A stretch of DNA of 63,926 bases, filler included, from Octopus bimaculoides (GCF_001194135.2; 3 parts of 3 records of this genome joined end to end with filler, not necessarily neighbours in it); one strand, 5' to 3'. Counted from the first letter of the whole stretch, positions 1 to 11,487 are shown. The notes: generated by a model not told the origin, from the sequence alone. Program-made: numbers and translations.

Positions 1-31
1 TATATATACACATATATACATACATACATAC

Positions 32-83
<52 letters not shown>

Positions 84-84
84 G

Positions 85-147
<63 letters not shown>

Positions 148-160
148 TCACACACACACA
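1..160. repeat. (TA)n/(TG)n compound microsatellite
   Basis: Direct reading of dinucleotide runs. Confidence 0.95.
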
Positions 161-757
161 TTAGTATAACCCCCACGCAGCACACTCAGATTAATCTATA
201 ATGCATTTGCAGACCTTGTTAACACGGCAAAGATAAGACTAAAATGGGCTATAAAGATGCTACAATGTTTATGTCAGCGAAGGCTAACGACAAGCTGTAA
301 TTTATTATAAGAAAACTCAATAAACTGTCTTCTTCTTGACGATATTAAGATATTATATAGTTTTTAGCCAGCAGGTGCTGAATACATCTCAACATGTTTT
401 AATGTAAGGTAAATCATTTTAAAGCATTTAGAATTAATAAAATGGAGTTAAATAGCTAGTCCTTTCTAATGGTATTAAAATGAAGATATGATGTATTTCC
501 AGTTAGGAGACAATAAATATAACACCTCTTTGAAGAAGGAAAGTTGGTTAAAGGAATATTAATCATTAATATTATTGTGCTGTTTAAGAGGAGGTAACAG
601 CTGTTTTTCTTCTTTGTTCATGCCAGCGAGTTGATAGGATATTTGCAAAATGCTGATTGGTTCGGTTCATTTCTTTATTCAAGTAAGTTTAGGGTGCAAA
701 AATAATTATTAAACAAGGATATTGATAGTTAATTTAATTAGCTGTAGACTTTGCTAA

Positions 758-760
<3 letters not shown>

Positions 761-809
<49 letters not shown>

Positions 810-825
810 ACATACACACACACAA
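761..825. repeat. (CA)n microsatellite
   Basis: Direct reading. Confidence 0.95.
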
Positions 826-1539
826 TGTTAAAAGAAGACCATGATCAGAGAGCTTTATCATGGAAAACAGAATGACAGTATTTACATTTTAACTAACCTG
901 CTACCAGTTTCAATCGCTTTAAGATGACCTAGTTATGCTGAAATAAAAGATACATCATACTTCTATATGAGAGGACCACTTACGATGAACACCCTAGTAT
1001 TTGGCATTTTAACAATACATTTATTGATTGGTTATTGATACTGCTTCCATCGCTGGTATTTATTTTTAAAGAAGACTTCTGGTTATCTGTGATATCAGTG
1101 ACTGAAAAGACACTGATAATCTATATATTGTGGTAGCAAGAATTTTCTGGTATGCAGTGACAGAACACTTGCCTCTGACAAATCACAGTAGGCTGAAATC
1201 ATGTGATTTGGCAGTTCCAGTGTCAATGCCAGATGGTTCTTTGTCTGTTACAATGTGTATCTGTGCTTTTATGCATCATGCATCTATATGAAATAACCTT
1301 TCTAGTCAAATATCACAGTATACAATGTTCTAATGATACATCTACATTAAGCTGGATGTAAAGAATACTTTTTTGGTATTGATATTACTTCTGTCACTAA
1401 TATTTATTTCTTGAATTGAAGTAAATTAAAGTAAATTTATCCTTCATAATACCAGTTCTGGAAGTTCACATGTTTTTCTTAGAGATCACATGGTGCCATA
1501 TTTTATTTCCTTCTGATTGTTGTTACTTGGCAGTGGTTG

Positions 1540-1753
1540 TTGGCTATATATCATTTTTATATATTATATATCATTATATATATTATATATCATTATGTCT
1601 GTCATTATTATTATCTATCATTATTATCATTCCTCACAGTAATATCAACTAATTCACCTGGCATTAATAATATATATTATTATTATATATTATTATATAT
1701 GATATATCATTATACATATATTATTATTATCATCATCATCATCATCATCATCA

Positions 1754-1786
<33 letters not shown>
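1540..1786. repeat. Degenerate (ATT)n/(ATC)n trinucleotide tract
   Basis: Direct reading; produces the poly-I ORF 1537-1896. Confidence 0.9.
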
Positions 1787-1788
<2 letters not shown>

Positions 1789-2452
1789 ATTTTCATTAGC
1801 ATCTTCTTTCAATTCTGTTTCCGTTTCTTGTCAAGTGTCTTCCTGACACCTAGGGCAGAGAAACGTACTGTATACATTGGTACACCATTAAAATAAACAC
1901 ACCAGATTGTTCATTTACAAAGTCATCTGATAGAGAAAAAGGGTGAGACAGAGAGTAAAAGGAAAAAAATAAAAAGTTAACAAATAAAATAAAATTTGGG
2001 GGGAAAGAAAAGAAAATTCACAGTGACAATACTCTTCTCAATACATGTGATGTACCAGTTAAGACAATCTTTTGCACTTCCTGCATAGATAGTAAGCCAG
2101 GGATTATTTTAAAATAATTTTTGGTTCCTTTTTTGATCATTCCAAGTGCTCCTACAGTCACTGGTATTGTAACCGCCTTGAGATGCCACATCTTTTTGAT
2201 TTCGATTATCAAATCTTTATATTTTCTGAAGAGCTTATCAAATTCTTTTGCCGAGATATTATGGTCACAGGGTATGCTCATGTCAATCAATAAACAGACT
2301 TTATTGTTTTGGTCTCTCACAATAATATCAACAGAGAGAAAACACCAACCTAACACAGACACTACCCGACTTTGGGAAGTCCAAAAGAATAGTTACATTT
2401 TCTCCCTCAGTTACCACCTCAGGGTGGTGCATGTACCATTTTTCAGCAGTTT
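1787..2452 (-). mobile_element. R4/Dong-like non-LTR retrotransposon 3' fragment (restriction-like endonuclease domain and 3' UTR)
   Basis: Minus strand reads KWYMHHPEVVTEGENVTI.WDFP...DIIVRDQNNKVCLLIDMSIP...KYKDL...IPVTVGALG...TSHVLRRVLSL, matching the R4-clade RLE pattern; (TTA)n on both sides. Confidence 0.85.
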
Positions 2453-2465
2453 ATTAGTATTATTA

Positions 2466-2511
<46 letters not shown>
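2453..2511. repeat. (TTA)n microsatellite
   Basis: Direct reading. Confidence 0.95.
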
Positions 2512-2512
<1 letters not shown>

Positions 2513-2725
2513 TCAGTGAGTTGGCAGAATTGTTAGCACATTGCATGAAATGTTCAGCAGTATTTTGCATGGCACTGCGTTCTGATTTCAAATTCTTGCC
2601 TTTCATCTTTTTAGAGTTGATAAATTAAGTACCAGTGAAAAACTAGGGGGTGGGGGTCGGTCGATATAATCGACTAGTCTCCTCCCCCAAATTTCAGGCC
2701 TTGTGCCTATAATAGAAAGGACTAT
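2512..2725 (+). mobile_element. SINE family B (tRNA-derived), diverged
   Basis: Homologous to the intact copy at 37794; TGGCAGAA head, ttcaaattc B-box-like motif, ggccttgtgcc 3' end. Confidence 0.8.
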
Positions 2726-3464
2726 TATCATTATTATTATTGTTATTAAGGTAATGATAATCTGATTATCTGGAGATATGAAAAAGCTGTGTGAATGTCT
2801 TTCTGCAGCAATAGGTTAGTTTTTTTCTTTCTCTTTCTGTCTGCTTGTCTTTCAGAAATCAGCTGTGGTTAGATCTTGAAAGCGAGGTGTTTGGTCAGGT
2901 CAACAAATATCCAAGCTAAAGTGTATGCTACTACAGTGCCTCTACACTTCCATTAAGGAGTTGTGGGCTGAAAGCAAAGCAAGACATTGATTAAAAGGGC
3001 TAAAAAGTGTTATGGGATACAATTACTTTTCAAAGGAACTATTATGTAAAAAAAAAAAAAAAAAGAAACTGTTAAAATTTCTTTAAAATAGAGATGGACA
3101 TACACACTGCATTTTTTCTCAAAAGAAATCACAATTTCTTGTGTGATACATGAAAAAAACATGCAAGCTTTCTAAATATCCTGACATTTTCTGACTCACC
3201 TCAAAGACTTGTGGCACACAGGTGTGCTGTGGAACAATGATTGATATCACCTGCTCTAATGGTTTATTAGAGGTAGTAGATACTCTCTATTGATTAATTG
3301 CTATAATTCATTCTGGAAGGGAAGCTAACTGCTGTTGATGCTTAACCCCAGAACAAATGTAATGAAAACTGCTCTCCAACATGATTTATCTTCCATCTCA
3401 CACACTGTGTATGCTATATTACAGACACAATGCGATTATAAACAACATATAGTTGAGCCAATCA

Positions 3465-3665
3465 AGTAGCCTCTATGTGGTCATTTGGTCTGTTAGAAAT
3501 AGCAGCTAAATCTCCTTCAAATAAGACTAAATTATTTTTTTAAAAATGATACATTGGATATGTGTAAAAGATAAGATGGTTGCAACCAAAATGACTTTGA
3601 TCAAAGGCCAGCTTCATTAAGTTTGACCTGGGATTAAACAACAACAACAATTACAACAACAACAT
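3465..3665 (+). mobile_element. SINE-like family E 3' part with (AAC)n tail
   Basis: tagaaatagcagc.aaatct...gacctggg..taaacaacaac shared with 63400-63655 and with minus copies at 6340, 31350, 42960. Confidence 0.6.
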
Positions 3666-4224
3666 GTACTATTTATTAACTCAGTCAGTTGAACTAGAAC
3701 TTAAGTCTTTCATAAGGTTAAAAGTTTATTCATTTCAACTATTCCATGACCATATTTCTTTTGAAATTCACTACTTGTGGTGTCTTCATTAATTTTGAAA
3801 ATAATCAAGAATCTGATGGGATTTAGCCAATTAATTAAATTTTACATTTACTTCTATATCAAAATTGGTGCTTAGAATGTAACTTACCAAAAGGTACTTA
3901 TATAAAATTTTGAGAGAAAGATTTAAATCAGATATGACTACTTTAAAACAGTCAGTTTTGTATCAAAGAACCAGGGCAAATCTCAGATGGATTGGTGTCA
4001 AAAGGGACAAAAATTATATGTATTTGAGAATGAAAGGGTGTTGGTGGAGAGGAATTTCAGTTTGTGCTTCTATTCTTTTTGTGAAATTAATCTTGATCAA
4101 GTAGAAATAGAGAAACTAACTGGAAAATTCTTCAATGAAGAAGTTATGAATTCAACAATTTGTAGAGTACAAATGTAGCTAATACTGGCTCTGTCTGGTT
4201 TTGAACTTAGTAATTTAAATCATC

Positions 4225-4530
4225 CACGACAAGGTCCAGTTCTTGTTGTGATGTGGTGGCATGAGTTCCTGAGAGCTATGCCTGTTGAGTGCAAGCTCCT
4301 GGTAGAGCCTTCAATACTGGACAGGTTAAAGGATAAATGCTGGACTAATATGGATCACCTATTTCTAGAAGTAAAACTGGGTTTGCATAGGGTCAACACC
4401 CTTGCCTTGAAACCAACAAGGCCTGGGAGAGGAAGCAGAAAAGACAGCTCAGAGTTGAGAACATTTGAGAAAACTAGTCAATGGCTGTGCTCCCAAAGGG
4501 ATGAAGTGCTTAAATGCTTAAATAAGTAAG
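4225..4530 (+). mobile_element. Possible RTE-like LINE 5' fragment
   Basis: ggacaggttaaaggataaatgctggac...tagggtcaacaccct resembles RTE 5' regions as I recall them; (TAAG)n follows. Confidence 0.3.
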
Positions 4531-4583
4531 TAAGTACGCAAGTAATTTAAGTTATAAAACTTAAATATATAGCTGACATTGTA

Positions 4584-4646
4584 TCAAAATTTAAGGCATT
4601 TACTAAACTCTCTGATATTGATAAGGGTATGACTAGGAACTATATG
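4584..4646 (-). CDS. Putative exon of unidentified gene (HIVPSHTLINIREFSKCLKF*; alternative donor at 4604)
   Basis: Strong acceptor cccctatctatgttatcttgtatcatttag; phase-0 start matches the end of exon 6130-6166. Confidence 0.3.
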   Translation of the reverse strand, partial: HIVPSHTLINIREFSKCLKF

Positions 4647-5002
4647 CTAAATGATACAAGATAACATAGATAGGGGAATAAGAGATTGACAGTTGGACAA
4701 TATGAGAGGTTATAATAGGTAGAAAAAACATTCAAAAGGTGGTGGATATGATGTAAACATACAAACAAAATTAATGTAAAACGTTGTGTACAGTGAATTT
4801 TACACCATGAAAAAAGAAGGGAAAAGTAGACTACTGTTTCTGGTGAATCCTTTACCAAAGTAAAGTAAGAAAGAAATGTGCAAGAAAAAAAGAAACAAGG
4901 AAAGAAATGAAACCTATTTGAATCACATTTATTTATGTGATGCATTAGTAGAGTCATCAGAGCATCACATGGAACACTATATGACAATTGTTGTGACTCT
5001 CA

Positions 5003-5085
5003 GCACATTGAGTTCAAATTCAGTTAAGGTCAACTTTGCCTTTCATTTTTTTTTCAGGATCAATAAAGTGCCACTCCAGCACTGA
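5003..5085 (+). mobile_element. SINE family B fragment
   Basis: gagttcaaattc...caactttgcctttcat homology. Confidence 0.65.
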
Positions 5086-5629
5086 GGTGGATTCTTTTCC
5101 TGTCTCGCTCTTTCTTACTTACACTTTCTTTTTTTCTAGAATAAATTTACTATAGTCATTTCTTGGAGAGGGATGGCTTAAACTTCTGAAACATTCTGCA
5201 TGTCATAATAGTGTTCCTTTGACTTCAATAAGGAGTGATTATTTATTTGCCAAGTAGGATTGCATGATTTTATAGATGCCAGTGACAGAGTCTACATATG
5301 GTTACCCAATATCCTAGACGTCCAACAATAATATCTTAAGCAAGACAGTGCACAATAGAAAATGTAGTCCTTGGGACATTATGCCCAAGAAAAAAGTCTG
5401 GGATGGTGATAACTGAAACTCCAGTGGTCTTAGAGCTGTCATAGGGCTAAACAATAATAACATCTACAGGTTGATTGGTGCATAGGGAAACAGAACTGGA
5501 AACAAATACAACAACAAAATAATAAAGAATATAAAATCTTAAATGGTGAGTCTGAATATCAGAACATTAGATCTCAAAGACAAATCACAAAGGATGAAGA
5601 TGACTGGTGATTCTCCATACTGTTAACCA

Positions 5630-5875
5630 GTTCAAACCTTGTTATATATTTAGCTCCAGCTAAAATGGCATTCTGTATTCAGAAAGAAAGTCTCCTTATT
5701 AGCTAATAGCTCAGATATTTTAGGTGCAATGCCGAAATACTACTAATTATTGTTCTAGGATGGTTAAAGTTTATATTCCCATACTGTAAGTTTACATTGA
5801 GTTTGTGATACAGACAATATAGTCCAGTATCTAGGTCTAAAATTACACCCAGAAAATGTGCTACTTTACAGTCAT
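5630..5875 (-). mobile_element. Penelope-like element RT C-terminal fragment (frameshifted)
   Basis: Minus strand reads VAHFLGVILDLDTGLYCLYHKLNVNLQYGNINFNHPRTII..., then KISELLANKETF; matches the PLE FLDVTLDL..G.Y.PY.KPN....YV...SNHP pattern. Confidence 0.75.
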
Positions 5876-6129
5876 GCACTAAAGAAACAGAAAGTCCTGT
5901 GTTTTTAAAGAATTATCTCAGTTTTTTTTAAATTTCTCTCTAGATTTATGTTACTGCATTTATAGAAAGTAAACAAAGCATCATCCTTATAAAAACCACC
6001 CTCCATTTCCGGTAACTCCTATTTGATGCAATGTAAAATGTAAATACTTGTGAGACCAGTAACCTGTACTGTAATACTTAGAGATATCTATACGTACATT
6101 ATTGATATATCCTTAAACCAATAAATTAC

Positions 6130-6166
6130 TTCAAAAGTGTTCGACTGCAAGTTGAGTTCTATTTTC
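6130..6166 (-). CDS. Putative 37-nt exon (R)KIELNLQSNTFE
   Basis: Acceptor tttttttttatacttaacag, donor GAA|GTAATT; phase 2 start matches the phase 2 end of exon 9733-9829. Confidence 0.45.
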
Positions 6167-6339
6167 CTGTTAAGTATAAAAAAAAATACAGTTGATTCTT
6201 TTTCATTTACTTATCTTTTATGTCAGACTTTGACAGACAAATGAGCCTAATTCTATTTTAGTTTCTTTCAAATCTCATCTCTGTATCAACTTTTCTTTAT
6301 CCTTTTTTAGCATTCAGATTACTCTGTCTAGTGTAATGC

Positions 6340-6490
6340 TTATTTATTCAGATCGTTTTGAATTAATCATGCATTAACTTCAAGATGTCAAGAATGTGGT
6401 TGTTTATTTTTAGAACGACATTGTAGGATAGGTGTGAGAGGCCAGATAAGGTTGATTTGAACATAAAACAGGTAGAATATTTGAGCCAGA
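6340..6490 (-). mobile_element. SINE-like family E fragment
   Basis: Reverse-complement similarity to 3465-3665. Confidence 0.45.
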
Positions 6491-6844
6491 TATGGCTGGC
6501 TTAAATGCTTAAGAGTTGTGCTACTCCCCCATTACAGACATTTTTGTGATTATTGTAGTAAGCTGCCATTTCTCTGTATTTTGCAAATTCTTTTCTAAAT
6601 AAACTTTATAACCTCCTGACCTGTGCTAGAAAGTAATCTGATATATTCTTCACTTGCATAGTCCATCTACTGAAATATCTGGGATAAGACTGGTACCCAC
6701 TGATTAATTTACAACTCTGATACTCTGCAAACTAACACTCCTCCTCCTCCTTCTCCTCCTCATCGCCATCATCGCCATCAACACCGCCGCCGCCACCGTC
6801 ACCCCCCCACTGCTGCTGTGCCTAAAAGCAGACCAGCCACTGGA

Positions 6845-6917
6845 TGCCAAAACCTGGGATTGAACAAGGGGCCTTTAGATCTTCAGTCTAATGCTCCCCC
6901 ATCTGAGCTATTTCGGC
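6845..6917 (-). tRNA. trnF-GAA: tRNA-Phe(GAA), 73 nt, probably decayed or pseudogene
   Basis: GCCGAAATAGCTCAGATGGGGGAGCATTAGACTGAAGATCTAAAGGCCCCTTGTTCAATCCCAGGTTTTGGCA folds as a cloverleaf with GAA anticodon; several CpG-type changes and a T-stem mismatch against canonical metazoan tRNA-Phe; TTTT about 16 nt downstream. Confidence 0.85.
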
Positions 6918-6924
6918 CGGCTTG

Positions 6925-7090
6925 TTAAAAGTTATGGCTGGTCATAGAGTGACCATTGATTTTGCACCCATAAAGCACTTGGCAGCCATTCGACACCTTC
7001 AGCCGTTTGAGTCTGATGAGTCACCTATACTGCCAAGTGCTTTATAGGTGTGAAACCAATGGTCACTCCATGACTGACCATAACTTTTAA
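6925..7090. repeat. Palindromic micro-element: 61-bp inverted arms (6925-6985 / 7030-7090), 44-nt spacer, TTAA at both ends
   Basis: Right arm reverse complement ttaaaagttatggtcagtcatggagtgaccattggtttcacacctataaagcacttggcag aligns ungapped to the left arm. Confidence 0.9.
7009..7068 (+). ncRNA. Minimal type-I hammerhead ribozyme motif (decayed)
   Basis: gagt-CTGATGA-gt-cacctata[13 nt]tataggtg-t-GAAA-cc-aat-gg-TC-actc: stems I, II, III and a GUC cleavage triplet all present. Confidence 0.7.
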
Positions 7091-7159
7091 TTTCCTAAAA
7101 AATACATTACTGTGTAATGCTTTAGAGTGTGCTTCCTTTTCGGATATATGAATTATTAG

Positions 7160-7310
7160 TGAGTGGTTGGTGTTAGGAAGGGCATCCAGTTGTAGAAACT
7201 TTGCTAGATCAGATTGGAGCCTCGTGCAGCCTTCTAGCTTGCCAGCCCTCAGTCAAACCATCCAACCCACTCCAGCATGGAAAACAGACGTTAAACGACG
7301 ATGACGATAT
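7160..7310 (+). mobile_element. SINE/LINE-tail family C 3' end with (GAT/GAC)n tail
   Basis: ggttggtgttaggaagggcatccag...gacgttaaacgacgatgacg shared with 20243, 22222, 23280, 25718. Confidence 0.8.
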
Positions 7311-7313
7311 ATA

Positions 7314-7773
7314 CAGGTCGTCATCGACTTACAATTACAATTGGTTCCGTCTGACTGGTCATAAGTCGATTTGATTGTAAATTGACCTATAGGCCTACAT
7401 AGCTTAGTTTTATATTTTTATATTCTTAAGGTACTTTCTCAGGTAAAAGCCACACACAAAATTCTGTATTATACTACAAGAATATTATTTGTTCATAGAA
7501 AAGTACCAAAGAATGTAAATACAAGAAATACGCAATGAAGTGTATGAAACTGTTGCAAAACTTACATAAAAATTTATTGTAGATTGGTGCTTGGCTGTGG
7601 CTCTTCGATGTCGATTGTTAGCTGACATCATCTGTAGATGGGTTAATTTCTAGGAAATTAAACCCACTAGATTTCAACTAGAGTATTTATCATTGCTGCC
7701 AGGAGCTGGCATGCCAATCGCTGTAAAGTCGATCAGTCATAAACCAGATAGGTCATAAGTTGACGACAACCTG
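7314..7773. mobile_element. pogo/Tigger-like MITE
   Basis: TIRs caggtcgtcatcgactta / taagttgacgacaacctg with TA duplication. Confidence 0.75.
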
Positions 7774-7782
7774 TATATATAC

Positions 7783-7998
7783 TCTCTTTACTCTTTACTT
7801 TTTTACTTGTTTCAGTCTTTTGACTGTGGCCATGCTGGAGCACCACCTTTAGTCGAGCAAATCGACCCCAGGACTTATTCTTTAGAAGCCTAGTACTTAT
7901 TCTATCGGTCTCTTTTGCTGAACCGCTAAGTTACGGGGACATAAACACACCAGCATCGGTTGTCAAGTGATGTTGGAGGGACAAACACAGACACACAA

Positions 7999-8077
<79 letters not shown>

Positions 8078-8250
8078 TACATATATACGACGGGCTTCTT
8101 TCAGTTTCCGTCTACCAAATCCACTCACAAGGCTTTGGTTGGCCCGAGGCTATAGTAGAAGATACTTACCCAAGGTGCCACGCAGTGGGACTGAACCCGG
8201 GACCACGTGGTTGGTAAGCAAGCTACTTACCACACAGCCACTCCTATGCC
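7783..8250 (-). mobile_element. SINE family A, full length, internal (TA)n
   Basis: tRNA-like head (tggctgtgtggtaag...gggttcagtcc), CORE-like ccttggg.aagt, (gagtaaaa)n tail. Confidence 0.9.
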
Positions 8251-9732
8251 TAGTGGGGTTCTATTTAGTATTCATCTGTCAAATTTCACTTACAAAGTGT
8301 TGTGAGTGAAATTTGACAGATGAAAGCATTGGTTGAATGAAGACTCTAGCACAAGACACTTTTCGAATTTCCAAAGGTGCTATGCAGTGGGATCAAACTC
8401 GAAACCAAGTGGTTACAAAACAAACTTGCTAACCACAGAAGACTGAAATTACACTTGAAGGAATAAATTTACCATTTGTAGATGTTGTTCCTCAATGTTG
8501 GTACTGGTGAACTAAGGTGATTGTAGTACAAGTAAGTAAATATATAAGTAAAGTTAGTCTAACAAAAACAAAAAAAAATAATAATAATAATAACCCTTCC
8601 CTTGATAAAGAATGTTGTGACTATATTTAGCTGTTTTATAAAGTGTATATAGTTATCAAAGCAAATGAAAGTTGTCTGTTGTTATAGTTATTGAAATAGT
8701 TATTGAAGCAATTTTGGATGAATAAGAATACAGTTCAATAAGGCAAGTTGACCTCTTAACTTTATCACATTCTCTCCCTCTATCTCTCTGTTCATCTCTC
8801 TCTTCCTGCTCTTTAGGTTTCCCTCTCTCTTTATTTTTTTTAATGTTGGTTTGTATTTGTGTTGAAGTATCAACTGATAAATCAATGTAAACTACAAAAT
8901 CCTAATATGTGATATCTAATAATATCCAAATATTTGGTAACTAATCACATATCTATTAAATCAATAATCAATGTCCAATTAACTGTGACATTATGTTCAT
9001 GTATACATCCCTCCTTTATTGGTTTTCAATAATTCTTCCCCCAAAACAGTACCAGCCTTTTAGGTGCCATATCAATTTAATTTATCAACACTTAAACATT
9101 GTAGCTATGATAAGAGAGGTGCTTAATTAATTCATCAATCAATCAATTGATTTCTAAGTCAATTCAATGCTGTATATAATTTTTTTGTAGAAAGTGTTTC
9201 TATTTAATTAAAAAAAAATTAACAAACCATAAAACAAAATAACAATCAACAAAAAATATAATTAAATCATTGTTAGAACTGACAAAAAAAAAAGAAAAGA
9301 AATCTTCCTCTTGTTTTATAGTTTTTGAGATGAGAATTTTTTTAAAGCAAATATTTAGGCCATTGATTTCTTGATTTCTTTTAGTTGAGTTGCACCACAG
9401 CCACTTTATAAGTCCTAAAGTATTCATTTATTTCAACATGACAAAACAATGAAACAAAACTGAATAATTTGTGCAGGAAGGAAAGAGGGTGTTAGTTGGT
9501 TATATCATTGTTAAATAAATAAAATATTGGAGTCTAAACATACAAATATAGAACTGTTTTGTGACTACAACTAGCACCAACTGAAACTAAAATTCCTACA
9601 AATAAATCACTCTAAATATCAATGGTAAATAAGATATTTTTTTCTTGAAAGCTTTGAAAGATATGATCAGTTGATTGCAAAACTGCAAATATATTCTCTT
9701 TTTTTCCAATTTGTATTTTTGTTTGAAGTTAC

Positions 9733-9829
9733 CTCAGAGGAAATGAACTTTTGAAGAAAGTGAGAATATATTCTAATTCTATAACGACTACATTATTGCT
9801 TTCCAGATGTGACAATTCGAAAACAGTGC
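9733..9829 (-). CDS. Putative 97-nt exon (G)TVFELSHLESNNVVVIELEYILTFFKSSFPL(R)
   Basis: Acceptor ttatctgttatacag, donor GAG|GTAACT; single open frame; retains CpGs inside a CpG-poor region. Confidence 0.5.
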
Positions 9830-9959
9830 CTGTATAACAGATAATTAAATGTACACGCAATATTCTAGACAAAATTACGTAAAGTTATTCTTATAAAATA
9901 AAAGTCTTTGAACTGTATCTCTTTCATAAAGCTATCATATTTTATACCTTTCTATTTTA

Positions 9960-10160
9960 CATTCAGGTAAGCAAAATTTTACAGTTCTATATTTAAGAGA
10001 TGAGGAATTATGTACATTATTTACATTATTTACATTTGACGGATATTTGTCCTCATCTTGTTTGTTGTTAACACAATGTTTTAGCTGATATACCCTCCAG
10101 CCTTCATCAGATGTCTTGGAGAAATTTTGAACCTGGGTTCTCATTCCTAAGGTACTTTTC
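9960..10160 (-). mobile_element. Hammerhead-containing repeat body (motif at 10070-10115)
   Basis: Minus strand: gacat-CTGATGA-a-ggctg[gagggtatat]cagct-AAAA(from CGAAA)-ca-TT-gtgtt. Confidence 0.65.
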
Positions 10161-10233
10161 GGGCACATGGCATAGTGGTTAAGAGCGCAGGTTACTAACC
10201 CCAAGATTCCAAGTTCAATTCTAGGCAGTGACC
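10161..10233 (+). mobile_element. tRNA-derived SINE head
   Basis: A box TGGCATAGTGG and B box GTTCAATTC at tRNA spacing, followed by (AAT)n. Confidence 0.75.
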
Positions 10234-10235
10234 TA

Positions 10236-10389
<154 letters not shown>

Positions 10390-10634
10390 CCTACATGANN
10401 NNNNNNNNNNNNNNNNNNNNNNNNNNNNNNNNNNNNNNNNNNNNNNNNNNNNNNNNNNNNNNNNNNNNNNNNNNNNNNNNNNNNNNNNNNNNNNNNNNNN
10501 NNNNNNNNNNNNNNNNNNNNNNNNNNNNNNNNNNNNNNNNNNNNNNNNNNNNNNNNNNNNNNNNNNNNNNNNNNNNNNNNNNNNNNNNNNNNNNNNNNNN
10601 NNNNNNNNNNNNNNNNNNNNNNNNNNNNNNNNNN

Positions 10635-10728
10635 GATGAAGGCTGGAGAGTATATCAGCTGAAACATTGTGTTACCAACAAACAAGATGAGGACAGATAT
10701 CCATCAAATGTAAATAATGCGAATAATG
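10635..10728 (+). ncRNA. Second copy of the hammerhead-containing repeat (5' end lost in gap)
   Basis: gatga-a-ggctg[gagagtatat]cagct-GAAA-ca-TT-gtgtt; inverted relative to 10015-10107 and differing at several positions. Confidence 0.65.
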
Positions 10729-11125
10729 AAGCAAAATTTTGTTATAACAATTTAATATTAAAAGAATATAACAAAATATTATATTTCAGTTATATATTTC
10801 TAAGAAAATAAAAAAGCAAATCATTTTCTAATTAGCTCTTGTTCTATAGCTGTAGCATTATAATTCCATCTTCTAATTTATTCCCCAGAAAGTCTTCCCT
10901 TCTACTACTTTGATTTCACCATATCTTTCTTACACTTTTTCAACATTATGTTAACTTATATCAACCTCAGGAAATACAGTGGTCACCTCTCTTCCCACTC
11001 ATTCTTCTCTTGAAGAACCTCTAAAACAATGATTTCAAATGAGGGACTATAGTATAATTCTACAAGTGTCATGAAGACAACATTCTAAACTATATTCAGA
11101 GAAAGGTTATTTGACTGATTAAAAG

Positions 11126-11428
11126 GGTAAAAAAAAAGGGTGATGAATGACCATGGGATTGCACTTAGAAAGTTACCCTCTGAGGCACAAGTCCAGGCAA
11201 AGTCGTTTATGAAAGACCAGCAGTTGTCCATGCATACTTACCTCCCCTCTCCATGCCACCAATGTTATCCCAGGGAAAGGCAATGCCAATGCAGCTCGGC
11301 ACCAGTGATGTCACAACTCATTTCAAAGATGAATGAACTGGAGCAACATGAAAGAAAGTGCTTTGCTCAAGAGCACAATACACAACCTGGTCTAGGAATC
11401 GAACTCACTACCTCATGATTGTGAGCCA
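11126..11428 (-). mobile_element. SINE family D
   Basis: Homologous to 26208-26545 and 37090-37372 (ctttctaggtgcaatcccatggtcattcat 3' end). Confidence 0.8.
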
Positions 11429-11487
11429 TTCATAGTCATGGTCCCTAGGTGTGCTGTCTCATCTCCCTGTCTTTTCTATCACTACTA

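Noticed and set aside
2856-2898. Plus-strand exon NQLWLDLESEVFGQ after a strong acceptor
   Set aside because: No good donor, the upstream donor is only ~41 nt away, and there are no compatible plus-strand partners; not excluded outright.
4300-4420. HDV-like ribozyme in the RTE-like 5' fragment
   Set aside because: I could not build the nested double pseudoknot by eye; it needs a descriptor search.
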